Shown: positions 45,689-47,104 of the stretch, piece by piece | Numbering within the stretch: the stretch's first letter is position 1 | Layout of the letters: each line of letters starts with the position of its first letter | Assembly (NCBI GenBank): GCA_033809015.1 | Contig: JAPXMM010000002.1 | Coordinates: forward strand, 1-47,104 | Source of the DNA: Bacteroidales bacterium | GTDB taxonomy: Bacteria; Bacteroidota; Bacteroidia; Bacteroidales; DTU049 | DNA length: 47,104 nucleotides | Direction of reading: 5' to 3' | Position numbers and translations under genes: made by a program | Notes under the pieces: model-generated | What the model was told of the DNA's origin: nothing | The model's database searches: none | The model's input: the letters and a program-made list of their open reading frames with translations, nothing else

Positions 45689-46147
45689 ATGAAAAAATTA
45701 TTAGTAATCACATTAGCTATAGTATCATTAGTATTCGTACAATGTAAAAAAGCTAATACACCAGAACAAGTAACTGAAAAATTCATTTCAGCTGTTCAAC
45801 AAAATGATTTCGAAGTTGCTAAATCTTTAGCAGACAGTACTGCATTAGAAACTTTAAATATGATTGAAGGTTTCGCTACCCAAATGGGACAAACTGTTAC
45901 AAAAAATGATTCTATTGTACCAGATGTTAAAGACATCAAATGCGAAGATATGGACAGCAAAGATATGAAAAAATGTACTTATACTTCTCAAGGCACACAA
46001 AACTATGTAGAACTTAAGAAAATTAAAAATGAATGGAAAGTTGTAAATTTCCCAAAAGAAGGTGCTAATGAACCTTTAGCAGATCCTTCAATGGATATGA
46101 GCGAAGAACCTGACACTACTACTACAGATTCTATAGTAGCACAATAA
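45689..46147 (+). CDS. Lipoprotein, DUF4878-like paralog
   Basis: Lipobox-like FVQCK. See the previous gene. Confidence 0.65.
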   Translation: MKKLLVITLAIVSLVFVQCKKANTPEQVTEKFISAVQQNDFEVAKSLADSTALETLNMIEGFATQMGQTVTKNDSIVPDVKDIKCEDMDSKDMKKCTYTSQGTQNYVELKKIKNEWKVVNFPKEGANEPLADPSMDMSEEPDTTTTDSIVAQ

Positions 46148-46163
46148 TTCTAATTAAAAATTT

Positions 46164-46200
46164 TAAAAAAAGGGCAATGTTACATTGCCCTTTTTTATTT
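46164..46200. terminator. Rho-independent, potentially bidirectional terminator
   Basis: GGGCAATGT (46172-46180) pairs with ACATTGCCC (46182-46190). An A-run precedes it and TTTTTTATTTTT follows. Confidence 0.8.
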
Positions 46201-46289
46201 TTATAAAATTAATATCTGCTAGTTCTATTTTGGAATCTGAAATTAAATAATTTTATGCTTGAGAATAATTTAATTTCAATTCATTGAAT

Positions 46290-46372
46290 TTTTATTTTTT
46301 TCTCATTGCTCACAAGTCTTCCACTCATCTATCTCCTTTTTTCTTTTTCTCATCTCTCCCCTACTCTATCAT
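46290..46372 (+). repeat. Degenerate copy E of the C+T-rich repeat tail
   Basis: CTCATTGCTCACAAGTCTTCCACTCATCTATCTCC....CTCATCTCTCCCCTACTCTATC has the same word style (CTCATC, TCTCC) but is AT-diluted. Confidence 0.4.
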
Positions 46373-47104
46373 TTAAAATCTTTCTAAATACCAATCAATT
46401 GTTTTAGATAATCCTTCAATAAAATCAGTTTTAGGTTGCCAACCGAGCTCTTTTCTAATTTTTGTACTATCAATAGCATAGCGTAGATCATGTCCTAGCC
46501 TATCTTTTACGAAAGTTATTAATTTTTCACTATATCCTGCTGGTCTATTAAGTTTCTCATCCATAATTTTACAAATCAATTTTACTAAATCGATATTCCT
46601 CCATTCATTATTACCACCGATATTATATGATTCGCCAATAACACCTTTTTGCCAAACAAGCTCTAAAGCATCACAATGATCATCTACATACAACCAATCT
46701 CTAATATTAATACCTTGTCCATAAACAGGCAATGGTTTTTCATGATAAATATTACTAATTATTACTGGCAAAAGTTTTTCTGGATATTGATTAGGACCAT
46801 AATTATTAGAACAGTTAGTAACAATAGTAGGCAAGCCATATGTATGGAAATAAGCTTTAACGAAATGATCGCTAGATGCCTTAGATGCAGAATAAGGGCT
46901 ACGTGGAGAATATGGCGTTTGCTCCGTGAAATATCCCTGCTCTGATAAAGAACCATATACCTCGTCAGTAGATATATGTATAAAACGTCTTTTATCAAAA
47001 TCTCCGTCCCAAACAGCTTTAGCTGCATTAAGTAAATTTACAGTTCCTATCACATTTGTATATACAAAATCCATTGGATTAACAATAGATCTATCTACGT
47101 GGCT
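46373..47104 (-). CDS. rfbB: dTDP-glucose 4,6-dehydratase, C-terminal ~243 codons (gene continues past the window end)
   Basis: [28 protein letters not shown]...[12 protein letters not shown]...[15 protein letters not shown]. The frame is open upstream of the track's Met through to 47104. Confidence 0.9.
   Translation of the reverse strand, partial: SHVDRSIVNPMDFVYTNVIGTVNLLNAAKAVWDGDFDKRRFIHISTDEVYGSLSEQGYFTEQTPYSPRSPYSASKASSDHFVKAYFHTYGLPTIVTNCSNNYGPNQYPEKLLPVIISNIYHEKPLPVYGQGINIRDWLYVDDHCDALELVWQKGVIGESYNIGGNNEWRNIDLVKLICKIMDEKLNRPAGYSEKLITFVKDRLGHDLRYAIDSTKIRKELGWQPKTDFIEGLSKTIDWYLERF

Noticed and set aside
4555-47028. Short ORFs in the supplied track lying antisense to or inside longer, motif-supported genes: 4555-4764, 5632-5817, 9678-9941, 9928-10242, 10022-10264, 10921-11136, 12539-12793, 13902-14231, 19345-19620, 20160-20345, 20233-20424, 22963-23154, 24246-24443, 28866-29111, 29211-29435, 30185-30421, 30312-30650, 32169-32360, 34677-34886, 36300-36494, 37002-37295, 42972-43208, 46676-46945, 46762-47028.
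   Set aside because: Each overlaps a longer ORF that carries clear family motifs. Their translations are low-complexity I/F/L/K/N/S-rich strings typical of antisense reading of AT-rich genes, and none has a recognisable motif.

Overview
Low-GC Bacteroidota chromosomal segment. The assignment rests on gliding/T9SS genes (gldJ, PorP/SprF, DUF4835/PorD), a T9SS C-terminal sorting domain, and TAnnTTTG-type -7 promoter boxes. Positions 1-19.7 kb and 33-47 kb are mostly housekeeping or envelope genes: coaBC, rpoZ-like, bamD, pgk, xerD, mtnA, tilS, rsmI, rfbB, an AmmeMemoRadiSam set and many small lipoproteins. An IS1595-like element interrupts the first block. The main result is a 12.7-kb accessory island (20016-32681) bracketed by inverted copies of a modular intergenic repeat whose inner 20 nt are exact reverse complements. 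The island carries: (i) a two-gene SMODS nucleotidyltransferase + SLATT 2TM pair, i.e. a minimal CBASS-like system; (ii) a tightly packed four-gene membrane operon (TerB-like/Zn-ribbon/3TM protein, PF13421-type SPFH protein with GYF_2 domain and polyproline tail, small GYF_2 protein, 4TM protein) that matches no named defence or stress system I know and is my best candidate for an undescribed system; (iii) a stand-alone PD-(D/E)xK-motif protein; (iv) a tail-anchored J-domain protein; (v) two paralogous secreted proteins flanking the cluster; and (vi) a T9SS cargo protein plus lipoproteins. The island has no integrase, transposase or tRNA. Other observations: a GC-rich polypyrimidine repeat family present in at least five copies; a 960-aa sacsin-like GHKL ATPase translationally coupled to tilS; signal peptides on the AmmeMemoRadiSam components; a 775-777-bp tandem duplication with promoter-cassette-mediated mosaicism; and a 28-nt perfect palindrome nested in longer inverted arms. 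All domain calls come from motif recognition by eye. No searches were run.
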